From NCBI GenBank assembly GCA_963749155.1, contig CAVVLO010000002.1:1-64000 (forward strand): 64,000 bases of DNA, written 5' to 3'. Shown one piece after another: positions 28,854 to 38,116 of the stretch. Source of the DNA: an uncultured Armatimonadia bacterium (lineage in GTDB: Bacteria; Armatimonadota; Zipacnadia; CAVVLO01). Each line of letters begins with the position of its first letter. Positions within the stretch are counted from its first letter, which is position 1. The translations under genes were made by a program, and so were the position numbers. A model generated the notes under the pieces. That model saw nothing but the letters and a program-made list of their open reading frames with translations. It had not been told where the DNA came from and made no database searches.

Positions 28854-29105
28854 TCAGTCCGCCTTCTCCAACACGATTGAATAGTCGTGCACCACCGGAT
28901 TGGCCAGCAGCTTGTCACAGGCTAACTCGGCCGCTGCCAGCACTTCTTGCTCGGTTGCACGTTCCAGCAGCAATTGGTAAGTGCGCACAAAAGCTACACT
29001 GTCCACCTGGAGGCCGAGCAGGTCGAGAGATTTCTGTACATTCTTACCCTCGGCGTCCAGCACTCCGGGCTTCATTTTGACCGAGATAGTGGCTAGCATC
29101 TTCAT
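28854..29105 (-). CDS. purS: FGAM synthase PurS subunit
   Basis: KPGVLDAEG, CDKLLANPVVHDY; SD AGGAG; adjacent to purL. Confidence 0.92.
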   Translation of the reverse strand: MKMLATISVKMKPGVLDAEGKNVQKSLDLLGLQVDSVAFVRTYQLLLERATEQEVLAAAELACDKLLANPVVHDYSIVLEKAD

Positions 29106-29143
29106 AAGCGGCAACTCCTGACATCGGTGGTGGGATCTCGGGG

Positions 29144-29172
29144 ATTGTAGCAAGGGCCTCCGGCACGGTCAA
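29144..29172 (-). promoter_or_regulatory. sigma70 promoter of purSLQ
   Basis: TTGACC-N17-TACAAT with extended TG. Confidence 0.7.
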
Positions 29173-29218
29173 ACCGGCCCAGAGGGGCAAAAGGCGCCCT
29201 GCGGCAGGGCAAAAAAAG

Positions 29219-29857
29219 CTATTGATGGATGCTCGCTGGATAGCCCATCCCGGACAGCTTGCGCTTCAGTTCGTCTGCGCCTTCCTTCGTCTTGAAAGCG
29301 CCAGCCTGCAGGTGTAAATCCCCTACAGCGACGGTTGAGATGCCAGCCTTGGCAAGGTCCTGGCGGGCTTTCTTGGCCGTATCAGCACTGCCAAAGGGCC
29401 CGATGCGCACACGGAACAACTCGGTCGAAGCCGCTTCAGGCTTGGCCTCTGTTTCGGGCTTCTCCTGGTCGGCTGCTGGCTTGTCAGCTTCGGTTTCTGG
29501 CTTGGGTTTCTCGGCGTCCGCCTCGGTTTTGGGCTTGTCGCCAGGTTTGTCGTCGTCGGTCTTGTTTTCCTCTGGTTTGCTGTCCTCTTCCTTATCTTCT
29601 TCTTCGGGCTGGTCAAACTGGGAAGCTGCCTGCGAACCTTTCAACACAACTTCCACTTTGGGCTGGGTCCAGGTTGGCGCTTGCAGAGGCGCCGCTTTCG
29701 ATTCCAAACCTGGGTTACTTTCGGCAGTCTGTGGATTTATAATCCGCTTTCCCACCAGGGCGCCCAGGGCAAAAGCGAGGATAAACAAGGCCGCGACAAT
29801 AGCTATAAGTTTATACAGGTGCGCCTGTGGTGAAGCTTTCGGGTCAAACAGATTCAT
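29219..29857 (-). CDS. SPOR-domain protein (TM, acidic linker, SPOR repeats)
   Basis: FRVRIGPF...A and LQAGAFKTKEGA. Confidence 0.85.
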   Translation of the reverse strand: MNLFDPKASPQAHLYKLIAIVAALFILAFALGALVGKRIINPQTAESNPGLESKAAPLQAPTWTQPKVEVVLKGSQAASQFDQPEEEDKEEDSKPEENKTDDDKPGDKPKTEADAEKPKPETEADKPAADQEKPETEAKPEAASTELFRVRIGPFGSADTAKKARQDLAKAGISTVAVGDLHLQAGAFKTKEGADELKRKLSGMGYPASIHQ

Positions 29858-31250
29858 CCTGGTTCCTCCCTGCTGTCTCTAGTTTCGACGCAAGGGCCGC
29901 AGCGCCTTCTTTAAGTCCTTCAGAGAAGGTTGGATGCATATGGCTAGTCGCGGCAAGCTGGCCAGCGGTCATTTTCTGAGCCACAGCCAGAGTAGCTTCT
30001 CCAAGAAGCTCTGAGGCCATCGGGCAGAGCAGCGTTATGCCCAGCAGCCTGCCAGTTTGCCCCTCAGCCACAAGCTTGATAAGTCCGCTCTTTTCTCCCA
30101 TCGCTGCAGCCCTGCCAAGTGACTTCAGAGGCACAAGCTCGGTCAGGACTGGCTTGCCTGTTGCTTTGGCTTCCGCTTCGGTAAGGCCAACCCGGGCCAG
30201 CTCGGGGAAGGAGAAGACACAACCAGGGATGACTGGCTCTGCCTGGGGTGACCTTGCCCCTGTCAGCCCGGCAACCAGTCGCTCAGCGTCCTGGAAGGCC
30301 TTGTGCGCCAGAAGAGGCGGCCCAGCGACATCGCCCACTGCAAAAACGCCAGCCACGTTAGTATTGCCCTCAAGGTCCACAGCCAAGAAACCTCGCGCAT
30401 CCAGTTGCAAGTCCAAAGCTTCGAGGCCCTCGGTATTCGGCCTTCGCCCAATGGCGACCCCCAGTAAATCGGTTTCGAGTTGCACAGGGCCTTTAGGACC
30501 TTCGAGCGCAAGCTCAAGCCCGGTGGCAGTCTCAGAAACGCCGGCCAACCTGGTGTCAAAATAACCAGAAATACCTTGCTCCTTGAAAGCGCGCAGCAAG
30601 ACTTGGACCGCCTCGGGTTCTTCTCTTGGGAAGGGCGCAGGCAAAGCCTCAATCAAGGTCACTTCGATACCGAGGGCGGCGAAGAAGAAGGCGAATTCGG
30701 TGCCCTGGTAACCTGCGCCAAGCAGGGCTACCCGCCGAGGTCGCTCTTGCAGGTGGAATAACTCATCACTGGTGAGCAGTCGCGGGTGGCCTTGTTCAAG
30801 CCCAGGAATCGATGGCCAAAGAGGCTGGCTGCCAGTTGCGATTACCAGGCGCCCGCAGGCAAGTTCCTGTTCTCCGACAAGCACTCGGTCAGGCGCAACC
30901 GCCTGACCCCATCCCTCAAAGACAACCACCCCTGCCTCGCGCAGAGTGTAAGCCAGGCCCTTGCCTGCCGCCTGGCTGGCCTCGAAGCCTTTCTGCATCA
31001 AAGCCCGGAAATCCAATGCGGCAAGATCGATCTCAAGTCCGGCTTCAGCCAGTTTCGATGCGCCTCGAAGTTGCTCTGCCACGTGGAGGAGTGCCTTGGT
31101 GGGAATACAACCTCGATTGAGACAGACGCCTCCAAGGTCCTGGGGCGAGGAGACCAGCGCGCACTTGAGACCTGCTTTCGAGGCCAGCAAGGTGGCCATA
31201 TAACCGCCAGGGCCCGCTCCCAGTGCGAGGAGGTCGAACTTCTCCATCAT
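29844..31250 (-). CDS. lpdA: Dihydrolipoamide dehydrogenase family oxidoreductase
   Basis: GAGPGGY, GGVCLNRGCIPTK, LLAHKA, HPTFSE. Confidence 0.88.
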   Translation of the reverse strand: MMEKFDLLALGAGPGGYMATLLASKAGLKCALVSSPQDLGGVCLNRGCIPTKALLHVAEQLRGASKLAEAGLEIDLAALDFRALMQKGFEASQAAGKGLAYTLREAGVVVFEGWGQAVAPDRVLVGEQELACGRLVIATGSQPLWPSIPGLEQGHPRLLTSDELFHLQERPRRVALLGAGYQGTEFAFFFAALGIEVTLIEALPAPFPREEPEAVQVLLRAFKEQGISGYFDTRLAGVSETATGLELALEGPKGPVQLETDLLGVAIGRRPNTEGLEALDLQLDARGFLAVDLEGNTNVAGVFAVGDVAGPPLLAHKAFQDAERLVAGLTGARSPQAEPVIPGCVFSFPELARVGLTEAEAKATGKPVLTELVPLKSLGRAAAMGEKSGLIKLVAEGQTGRLLGITLLCPMASELLGEATLAVAQKMTAGQLAATSHMHPTFSEGLKEGAAALASKLETAGRNQDESV

Positions 31251-31894
31251 TCAACCTCGGGGGAGGGTGCTCCCTGCGCCAGTTCGGAAATCAACCGCTT
31301 GTAGTTATTCTGGGCGGGGGCATCCTCAGGGAACCGTTTTACTATCTCAGCCCAGACGGGCAAGGCTTCCTGCTTCTTGCCAGCTTTCTCCAGCATATGC
31401 GCGAGCATCTTCCAGGTGGTCACAGGTGCATCACGCTGTACCGCTTGCTGGTACATCCCAATGGCATCATCATACTGCTTCATTCGGAAATACTGCATTC
31501 CCAGAGCCGCCCATAGCTCCTGGCGTTCGGGCACTTTGGAAAGTCCGTCGCGCAAGACTTTAACTGCTCTGTCAGCCCCGTATTCCGTCCAGCTAAGCCA
31601 GGCCATCACTTCCCAGGCTTCGGTGTCTTTGGGATCAAGCGCAACGATGTTGCGTTCGATGGCAATGGCTTCGCGATAATCCCCCTCATGCCAGGCGGCA
31701 TCCGAGATCGCCCAAAGCTGATTTACCAGCGTAGCAGTCATCTCTTCATCAGCCTGCAGCAGGCTTGCCTGGTGCGAAGTCAGTGGCAAGCCAGGATCAA
31801 GCTGCAACATTGCATAAGCGCCAGGACTGGTGAAATTAGCCAGCCCGGCAAGCAGCAGCAGGCCCCCTCCGATAAAGGGCGCAGCGACCTTCAT
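31247..31894 (-). CDS. Secreted/membrane TPR protein (start uncertain)
   Basis: Hydrophobic N-terminus and helical TPR-like repeats. Confidence 0.7.
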   Translation of the reverse strand: MKVAAPFIGGGLLLLAGLANFTSPGAYAMLQLDPGLPLTSHQASLLQADEEMTATLVNQLWAISDAAWHEGDYREAIAIERNIVALDPKDTEAWEVMAWLSWTEYGADRAVKVLRDGLSKVPERQELWAALGMQYFRMKQYDDAIGMYQQAVQRDAPVTTWKMLAHMLEKAGKKQEALPVWAEIVKRFPEDAPAQNNYKRLISELAQGAPSPEVE

Positions 31895-32100
31895 CCCTTT
31901 CCACCTGCCTTCTTGTTGCACGCCCGCATTATAACAGGGCATATTCGCAATTCAGTAGCTTCATTATTATTAAAAACAACAGTATTGCCGTTACCGTTAT
32001 CGTCTCGACAGTCTAGGTTGTACTTTCGAAGCCTTCTCGCGTTATATGCCTTCGGCCTTGGGGCAGGCTTTGGTGTCCCTCTTGCGAACACTGGTATGAG

Positions 32101-32583
32101 GTGAGTTTTGTGAATGGAATAATCGTAATTCTAATCTTGTTGCTTCTAGTCAGCAGTTGCTCGGCTGATTTTGTTCCCCGGCTGCTTGCCTTTCGCGCTG
32201 AGAGGGCCACCTTCGAGCCAGGACAAAATATAAGGCTCGAATGGGCCTTCACCAATACAGGCGATTCCCCTGCTTTAAAGCCTTATAAGATATTCGTCCA
32301 TGTTCGTCCCGCAGGCCAGCCAGATGGTACCCCTCCGATGCTTGGAGCCGATTTCGAGCCCCTTGCCGCAACCTGCTGGTGGGAACCGAACGCGCTAATA
32401 CGTGAGAGCTGCAACCTGGGGATCCCGGCTGACTGTCCAGAGGGCGACTTCTCCTTATTCATTGGATTCTACGATCCCGCCACCGGCGACAGGCTGTTAC
32501 TGGACAATCCGGAGCTCGAGAGAGAACCTTCCCGGACCCTGGTAGCCACTCTGCATGTCTCGAAGACCCCTGCTAATGCTTGA
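32101..32583 (+). CDS. Secreted Ig-like beta-sandwich domain; may be the N-terminus of the next ORF via a frameshift near 32567
   Basis: Signal peptide; YKIFVH...W...G.FSLFIGFYDP. Confidence 0.6.
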   Translation: MSFVNGIIVILILLLLVSSCSADFVPRLLAFRAERATFEPGQNIRLEWAFTNTGDSPALKPYKIFVHVRPAGQPDGTPPMLGADFEPLAATCWWEPNALIRESCNLGIPADCPEGDFSLFIGFYDPATGDRLLLDNPELEREPSRTLVATLHVSKTPANA

Positions 32584-34669
32584 TCCTCTAGAACTAAACA
32601 TCGGCGAACTCGCCTCTCATCCCCCTCTTGCAGAATTAATCAGAGAGCGGCTTGCTGGAAAAACCCGCGTAGAACTGCCTGGGCAGCACTTGACAGCGAG
32701 TTTTGCCCAGAGAGCGCCCTACCCGCTTAAGCTGACTTTTGGCGACCTGAGCTTTGACGGCTGGCGCGGCTTTGCGCCCTGGGCAGTGAAATTTAGAACT
32801 GCCCCCGATGGGCCAGTACAGTCGGCGGTTGATGGAGGAGGCTTGTCTTTTGAGCCAGCCGAGCGAGCTAACGGCGCCTTGCGTTGGCAGGCTAGTGCCC
32901 AGTCCGCTGGGGAGGAAGTCCTGCGTTTCGTGGTGGAAGCAAGCCTGGCCGAAGACGAGTTACTGCTCCGCATAAAAGATGTGTCCGAGGCGCCGGGCTA
33001 CCTGCTGCTCAGCTTGCAACTGCCCGAACTGGCCTCGGTTGCCGGCCCTGAGGCAGCTTTGGTGCTGCCTGATTTTAGTGGCAGGCTGGTGAAGGTCGAG
33101 GACGCCACGCCTGGGACTCACAGGCTCGCGATGACTCCTCAGACCATCTGGCCTCTTGTGATCGCAGCGACCGCAGAGGGGGCAGCCGTTGTCAGAGTCG
33201 ATTCTCCAGATAGCGAACTGGGCGCCGAAATCGATGAAGAGAAGCAAGGTAATCGAGGCGCTGCACGGGCGGTACTGAACTACAGGCCGGTCACCCAGCC
33301 TCCGGCCGCGCCTATCCGGCTGGATGAGGAACTCACCGCTCGCATCACTCTTGTGCCCTCGGAGCACGGCACGCTGGACTCGGCCTGGGTGAGCGCGGCC
33401 AAACGACTGAGGGACGAGCTTGCGGCCACACCCAACCCGCTCTACCACGGCGCTTATATCTACAAGATCTTCTGCACGGCGCCGGGCGAGCCTGCCGAGA
33501 ACGCCACAACCTTCCCCGAGGCGCTCGAGCTGATCCGACGCGTTGCCGAGGTGACTGGCGGGGCCAAACAGGTCGTCTACCTTGTCGGCTGGCAGTACGA
33601 TGGACATGACTCGAAGTACCCGGCGATCTCGGAGGTCTGCGAGCGGCTGGGCGGACGCGAGGCACTGCTTGCACTGATTGAGGACGCCAAGGCCTACAAC
33701 GCGACGGTTTCCTTCCACGACAACTACGACGACGCCTATATGGACAGCCCCGACTGGGATCCCAATCTTGTCGCCTGGGACTGGCAGGGCAATCTGCAGA
33801 AGGGCGGCATCTGGGGCGGCGGGCAGTCTTATGTCCTTGCCAATGCCAAGTATGCGGCAGAAGCAGGGCTCCAGCGCGTTCAGCGCACCTGCGCGCTGTA
33901 TCCGGTGGAGGACAGCTACCATATCGATGTCTTGTCGGCAGTACCCTTTCACCACGATTTCCGCCCCGAGGCCCCCGAGAACGCCTCAGCCAGCATCAAA
34001 GGCAAACTCGCCATCGTGGACGAGTTCCGCCGCCACGGGCTGGACGTAACAAGCGAGTTCCTGACTCAGCCTTTTGTCGAGAGCATCAACCATTACTGGC
34101 ACTTGCCACGTGTGGGCGGTACAGGGCTGGGTGGAGAGTCGATACCACTACTTTCGGCGCTGCTGCACGGCAAGGTGACCTGGGGAGGTGGCAACCAGGG
34201 AGAAGACCATTACCTGGCCAACGTTGCCCTCTATGGGGCCACCTTCTCGGCCGACTGGCGCAAGCAGACAAACGAGTGGTCTATCGCTGAGACATACTAT
34301 TTCTGCACGGTGCCCTGGGCGGCTTTCTCGGACAGGCTAATCAGCGACATAACGCATGAAGGCAGCCTCTGGCGCGTGACCTATGACGAGGCAAACTACG
34401 TCGAAGAAGATACCCAAACCGGCGAATATCGAGTTGTGCAAGAGGGCTGGCCTCTAATCGAGAACGGAGTGTGCAGACTGCGCCAGGAGGGCAGAGCGCT
34501 CGTATGTGCCAGGCAAGAAGGAGTGGTTACCCTTCCCCCTTGCTGGCCTGAAGGGGCTGTGCTAAACGTCCGGCATCTTGGAGACGGGACTCAGATTCCC
34601 TTTGAGATAACAACTGAAGGGCTGCGGTTCGAGGTAGATACGCTTGTACCCATCGAGGTTATCTGGTAG
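32555..34669 (+). CDS. GH101-like (endo-alpha-N-acetylgalactosaminidase family) glycoside hydrolase
   Basis: YLVGWQYDGHDSKYP, SFHDNYDDAY, HIDV, VTSE motifs. Confidence 0.65.
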   Translation: MSRRPLLMLDPLELNIGELASHPPLAELIRERLAGKTRVELPGQHLTASFAQRAPYPLKLTFGDLSFDGWRGFAPWAVKFRTAPDGPVQSAVDGGGLSFEPAERANGALRWQASAQSAGEEVLRFVVEASLAEDELLLRIKDVSEAPGYLLLSLQLPELASVAGPEAALVLPDFSGRLVKVEDATPGTHRLAMTPQTIWPLVIAATAEGAAVVRVDSPDSELGAEIDEEKQGNRGAARAVLNYRPVTQPPAAPIRLDEELTARITLVPSEHGTLDSAWVSAAKRLRDELAATPNPLYHGAYIYKIFCTAPGEPAENATTFPEALELIRRVAEVTGGAKQVVYLVGWQYDGHDSKYPAISEVCERLGGREALLALIEDAKAYNATVSFHDNYDDAYMDSPDWDPNLVAWDWQGNLQKGGIWGGGQSYVLANAKYAAEAGLQRVQRTCALYPVEDSYHIDVLSAVPFHHDFRPEAPENASASIKGKLAIVDEFRRHGLDVTSEFLTQPFVESINHYWHLPRVGGTGLGGESIPLLSALLHGKVTWGGGNQGEDHYLANVALYGATFSADWRKQTNEWSIAETYYFCTVPWAAFSDRLISDITHEGSLWRVTYDEANYVEEDTQTGEYRVVQEGWPLIENGVCRLRQEGRALVCARQEGVVTLPPCWPEGAVLNVRHLGDGTQIPFEITTEGLRFEVDTLVPIEVIW

Positions 34670-36056
34670 CGGCATACTGTTAGGCTTGCTCTTCTTGCTG
34701 GCTGGATCTTGCTTGGCCCAGCCGCAAGAAGAAGCTCCGGCCTGGCGTTTTGGCGCTTTTCCCGCTACGCCAGATCCAAGACTCGGCGCGGCTGGCTTCA
34801 CGTTTGCCACCGAACTTGGCCTGACCTGGCACCGCAACCAGGTCGCAGCTTTCTGGACGCTGGCCCAGCCCTCTGGAGAGGCGAGAGAGAAAGGCAATTT
34901 CGACTGGACCTTGCTTGATCTTTATTGCGGTCTTCCGAATCCAGGCCTCGACGTCCTTTGGTCTCTGGCTCCCTGGAATCCCCTGGAGCGACCTGATCCC
35001 TCTACCTTCGATGAGCCCGCCTGGCGGAAGTTCGTCACCGCCCTTATTGAGCGCTACGATGGCGATGGCAAGGATGATGCGCCTGGCAGTCCGAGAGTTG
35101 AAGCCTGGCAGGTCGTAAATCGGCCTAACCAGCTTGGCCTGTCTGCTTCTTTCTATGGGCAACTTGTGAAAGCAACACGCGAAGCGGCAAGAGAAGCCGA
35201 TCCGGCAGCCAAACTGGTCCTGGGCGCCTGGGGCGGCTCTGACCTGGCGCCCGAACAAGCGATGCAGGGCTGGCCAACCTACTTCAGCCAGGTGCTGAAG
35301 GTGCTCTCTGACGAGGACTTCGACGCTGTGGCGCTAGAGTGGTTTGGCGACGCCAGGGTGGCCTCCGTCAGCTTTGCCGACTATATCCAACTGGTCAGGA
35401 CGCAACTGGATACCGCAGGCTTCGCGGACAAACCTCTATGGGTCACTTGCACAGGCACTTTTACTGGGCAAGTTGAAGGCCTGCGCGGCAGCCAGTCGGA
35501 ACAGGAACAGGCCACTGCCCTCTGCAAGCGGTTGGTGACTGCCCTGGCACTTGGGTGCGAGCGATTCGCCTGGGGCTATGGCCTGGCAGAAAACTCCGAA
35601 GCCAATACGCCTCTCCTCAGACAGACTGGCCTGGTCTTCGATGGCAAGGGTGAAGCTGACAGAGGCCCTCTTCGCCGCAAGCTGGCCTTCTACACCTACG
35701 GCCTGTTGATCTCCGAGCTTGCCTCTGCCTCGCCTGAGGGCATCTTGCGACAGCAGCTTGCTCCGGCAAGCGCCTGGGTTGTAGCTTTCGACCGGCCAGA
35801 GGGCCAACTCCTTATCGTTTGGTGGGACTGGTGGAAAGACGGCGCAACCGAACGTGCCAGGCTGACTAGCGAGCTGGAAGTAAACGTGCCTGAAGTGCTG
35901 GTGACCCCTGTGCTGGCTGATCAGCGGGGCAGGTTCTCCTCCGAGCGAATCGAGACTGACACTGGGTTGCTCACCCTCGAGCTTGGTCCTGTGCCGCTGC
36001 TAATCGAGCTACCGCCTCCCCGCTCGCAGGATACTAGCCCTCAGGCGAGAAATTAG
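34644..36056 (+). CDS. Secreted GH39/GH5-like TIM-barrel protein lacking catalytic glutamates
   Basis: FDWTLLD, ERYDGDG, WQVVNRPN, PLWVTCTG. Confidence 0.7.
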   Translation: MYPSRLSGSGILLGLLFLLAGSCLAQPQEEAPAWRFGAFPATPDPRLGAAGFTFATELGLTWHRNQVAAFWTLAQPSGEAREKGNFDWTLLDLYCGLPNPGLDVLWSLAPWNPLERPDPSTFDEPAWRKFVTALIERYDGDGKDDAPGSPRVEAWQVVNRPNQLGLSASFYGQLVKATREAAREADPAAKLVLGAWGGSDLAPEQAMQGWPTYFSQVLKVLSDEDFDAVALEWFGDARVASVSFADYIQLVRTQLDTAGFADKPLWVTCTGTFTGQVEGLRGSQSEQEQATALCKRLVTALALGCERFAWGYGLAENSEANTPLLRQTGLVFDGKGEADRGPLRRKLAFYTYGLLISELASASPEGILRQQLAPASAWVVAFDRPEGQLLIVWWDWWKDGATERARLTSELEVNVPEVLVTPVLADQRGRFSSERIETDTGLLTLELGPVPLLIELPPPRSQDTSPQARN

Positions 36057-36145
36057 GAGAGCGCGCCGCTGACGCAAGGCGCCCGCTTGTGTTACGATTG
36101 AGCACCTCGGAGAGCCTCACCGATGGCTTTGAAGGAGTGGTCGCC

Positions 36146-38062
36146 ATGCGTAAAATCGTCGCTCTAAGCCTACTAACGCTGGTTCTGGTTTTGGTGATTA
36201 CCAGCCTCATCCAGGCCGAACCTGTGCGTTTTGGAGTCGCCGTGAGGGCCTGGCCTACTGCCGATGTGCCCGCGACACCGCTCTTTACTGAAGCCAAAAC
36301 GCTTGGCGCCGAACTCTGCCGGGTGCTGGTGCCCTGGTCGCTGGTTCAACCGACCCCCGATACCTATGACTGGGCTAGCCTGGATTTGATGGTGGCCCAG
36401 GCCGCCGAGGCAGGCATCCAGTTGGTACCAGTGGTCGCTGCCGCCCCCGCCTGGGCACTGCCTCTCAAAGACGCCTCGCTGCCTTTCGCCGAGTTTATGC
36501 GCGAGGCAACCACCAGATACAAGGGCCAGATTGCCTACTGGCAGGTTTGGACCAACGAGAACCTGGGCGTCTACTGGGATGGCGAGCCAAATCCCACCAG
36601 TTATGCCAAGCTCCTGCGCGCAGGCTATCTGGCCGCCCACAGGGGCGATTCCGCAGCAAGTGTCGTGCTTGGTTCTCCCTGGGGCGCTGACACCGGTTAT
36701 CTGACTGGCCTGTATGAAGCAGGCGCAGGCCCTTATTTTGACATCGCCTCGCTCAACTTGTTCACCTATCCTAACGCTCCCGAGGCTGACTTGCCCGAGT
36801 CGCCGGCGATGCCTGGCCAGCTTGCGACTTTCCGCGATGTGATGACCGCCCAGGGTGATGAAGCCAAGCCGCTCTGGGTAACTAGCCTGGGTTGGCCTAC
36901 CAGTGAAGTCGCCACTCTGGAGCGCCTCTCGGCCATCTTGCCTCCGATGCTGCCGCTGGCCCTGGCCGAGTTGGTAACCGAACCTCACGTCCAGCAGGTT
37001 GCTGTTTTTCACGAGCCTGAGCTGCCTGGCTCCGAGGACAGGCGACTTGAATATGTCACCCGCTGGGTCCAGGAAAGCGGTCTGCGCTGCAAGGTCGTCG
37101 ACACTACCGAACTGACTCTTGCCGCGCCGACTGATTATGCGGCCTGGATTTTCCCGCAGGGGCAAGTCTTCCCCACTGTGCTAAAAGAACCCCTGCTTGC
37201 TTTCCTGCGCAGTGGCGGCCTGGTTGTCTGTGCCTTTGACCGGCCTTTCGCCAAGCTCGCAGTCAAGACGAAAAAGGGCGACTGGGTCGTTACTCCCAAC
37301 GAGCAACTGCCCGAATGGGAAGCCTTGCTGCGGTACCAGACCAGCCCGGTGCCCGAGGGAGAAGGCCTGATTACTGCCGAAACCGATCCCGAGCTTGGTA
37401 TGCAGCTTCCCGACCCGCATCTGGCAAGCCCCTGGGTGGTCCAACCAGGCCAGCTTGGCTCTGGAGATATGTTTATCCCGCTGATTTGGTCGAAACGAGA
37501 AGAGCAGTCACTTGGTATACAAGCGGCCTTCATCCGATATGACAGCGACCTGAAGGGTGGGCTTACCTTGTTGCTGACCCAGGTAGCTGGTGGCGGCGTC
37601 TCGGAGGAACTGCAGGCCGATTACCTGCAGCGCGCCCTGACCCTGGCCTTCGCCAAAGGCGCAACGGGAGCCTTCTGGTACGAGTTGCAAGAGCCCCTTG
37701 TGGCGGGTGAAGCCGAGACACTTCACTTCGGCCTGCTGCGCGCTGATGGCTCTCGTAAACCTGCTTACGGTGCTTATCAGGTGATGTCAAAAGCACTGAC
37801 GGGACGGCATTTCATCGGCGCAGTCGAGTTGGCCAAGGGCGTTTTCGGTTACAACTTCGCCACCGAGGACGATCTGGATGTCACCAGTGTGCTTTGGACC
37901 AATGGCACGCCGACTGAAATCACTGTCAATGTCTCAGGTCACCAGGTGGATGTGCTCGATGAAAGGCTGCGTCCAAGGGAATTTTATCGCCAGGGCGACA
38001 AGCTGACCTTCACCGCCAACGGCAAGGTCACCTTCCTCGTCAGCGCCAAGAAAGTAAACTGA
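36146..38062 (+). CDS. Secreted GH39/GH5-like protein with an inserted domain; nucleophile Glu absent
   Basis: YDWASLD, WQVWTNEN, KPLWVTSLGWPT, QADYL, FWY, HFGLLRADGSRKPAY. Confidence 0.7.
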   Translation: MRKIVALSLLTLVLVLVITSLIQAEPVRFGVAVRAWPTADVPATPLFTEAKTLGAELCRVLVPWSLVQPTPDTYDWASLDLMVAQAAEAGIQLVPVVAAAPAWALPLKDASLPFAEFMREATTRYKGQIAYWQVWTNENLGVYWDGEPNPTSYAKLLRAGYLAAHRGDSAASVVLGSPWGADTGYLTGLYEAGAGPYFDIASLNLFTYPNAPEADLPESPAMPGQLATFRDVMTAQGDEAKPLWVTSLGWPTSEVATLERLSAILPPMLPLALAELVTEPHVQQVAVFHEPELPGSEDRRLEYVTRWVQESGLRCKVVDTTELTLAAPTDYAAWIFPQGQVFPTVLKEPLLAFLRSGGLVVCAFDRPFAKLAVKTKKGDWVVTPNEQLPEWEALLRYQTSPVPEGEGLITAETDPELGMQLPDPHLASPWVVQPGQLGSGDMFIPLIWSKREEQSLGIQAAFIRYDSDLKGGLTLLLTQVAGGGVSEELQADYLQRALTLAFAKGATGAFWYELQEPLVAGEAETLHFGLLRADGSRKPAYGAYQVMSKALTGRHFIGAVELAKGVFGYNFATEDDLDVTSVLWTNGTPTEITVNVSGHQVDVLDERLRPREFYRQGDKLTFTANGKVTFLVSAKKVN

Positions 38063-38086
38063 GCCTGCCTGACAGCTGACACTGAG

Positions 38087-38116
38087 AAAAGGTGAGTCTT
38101 CGGACTCACCTTTTTT
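38087..38116. terminator. Bidirectional intrinsic terminator
   Basis: AAAAGGTGAGTC-TTCG-GACTCACCTTTTTT. Confidence 0.9.
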
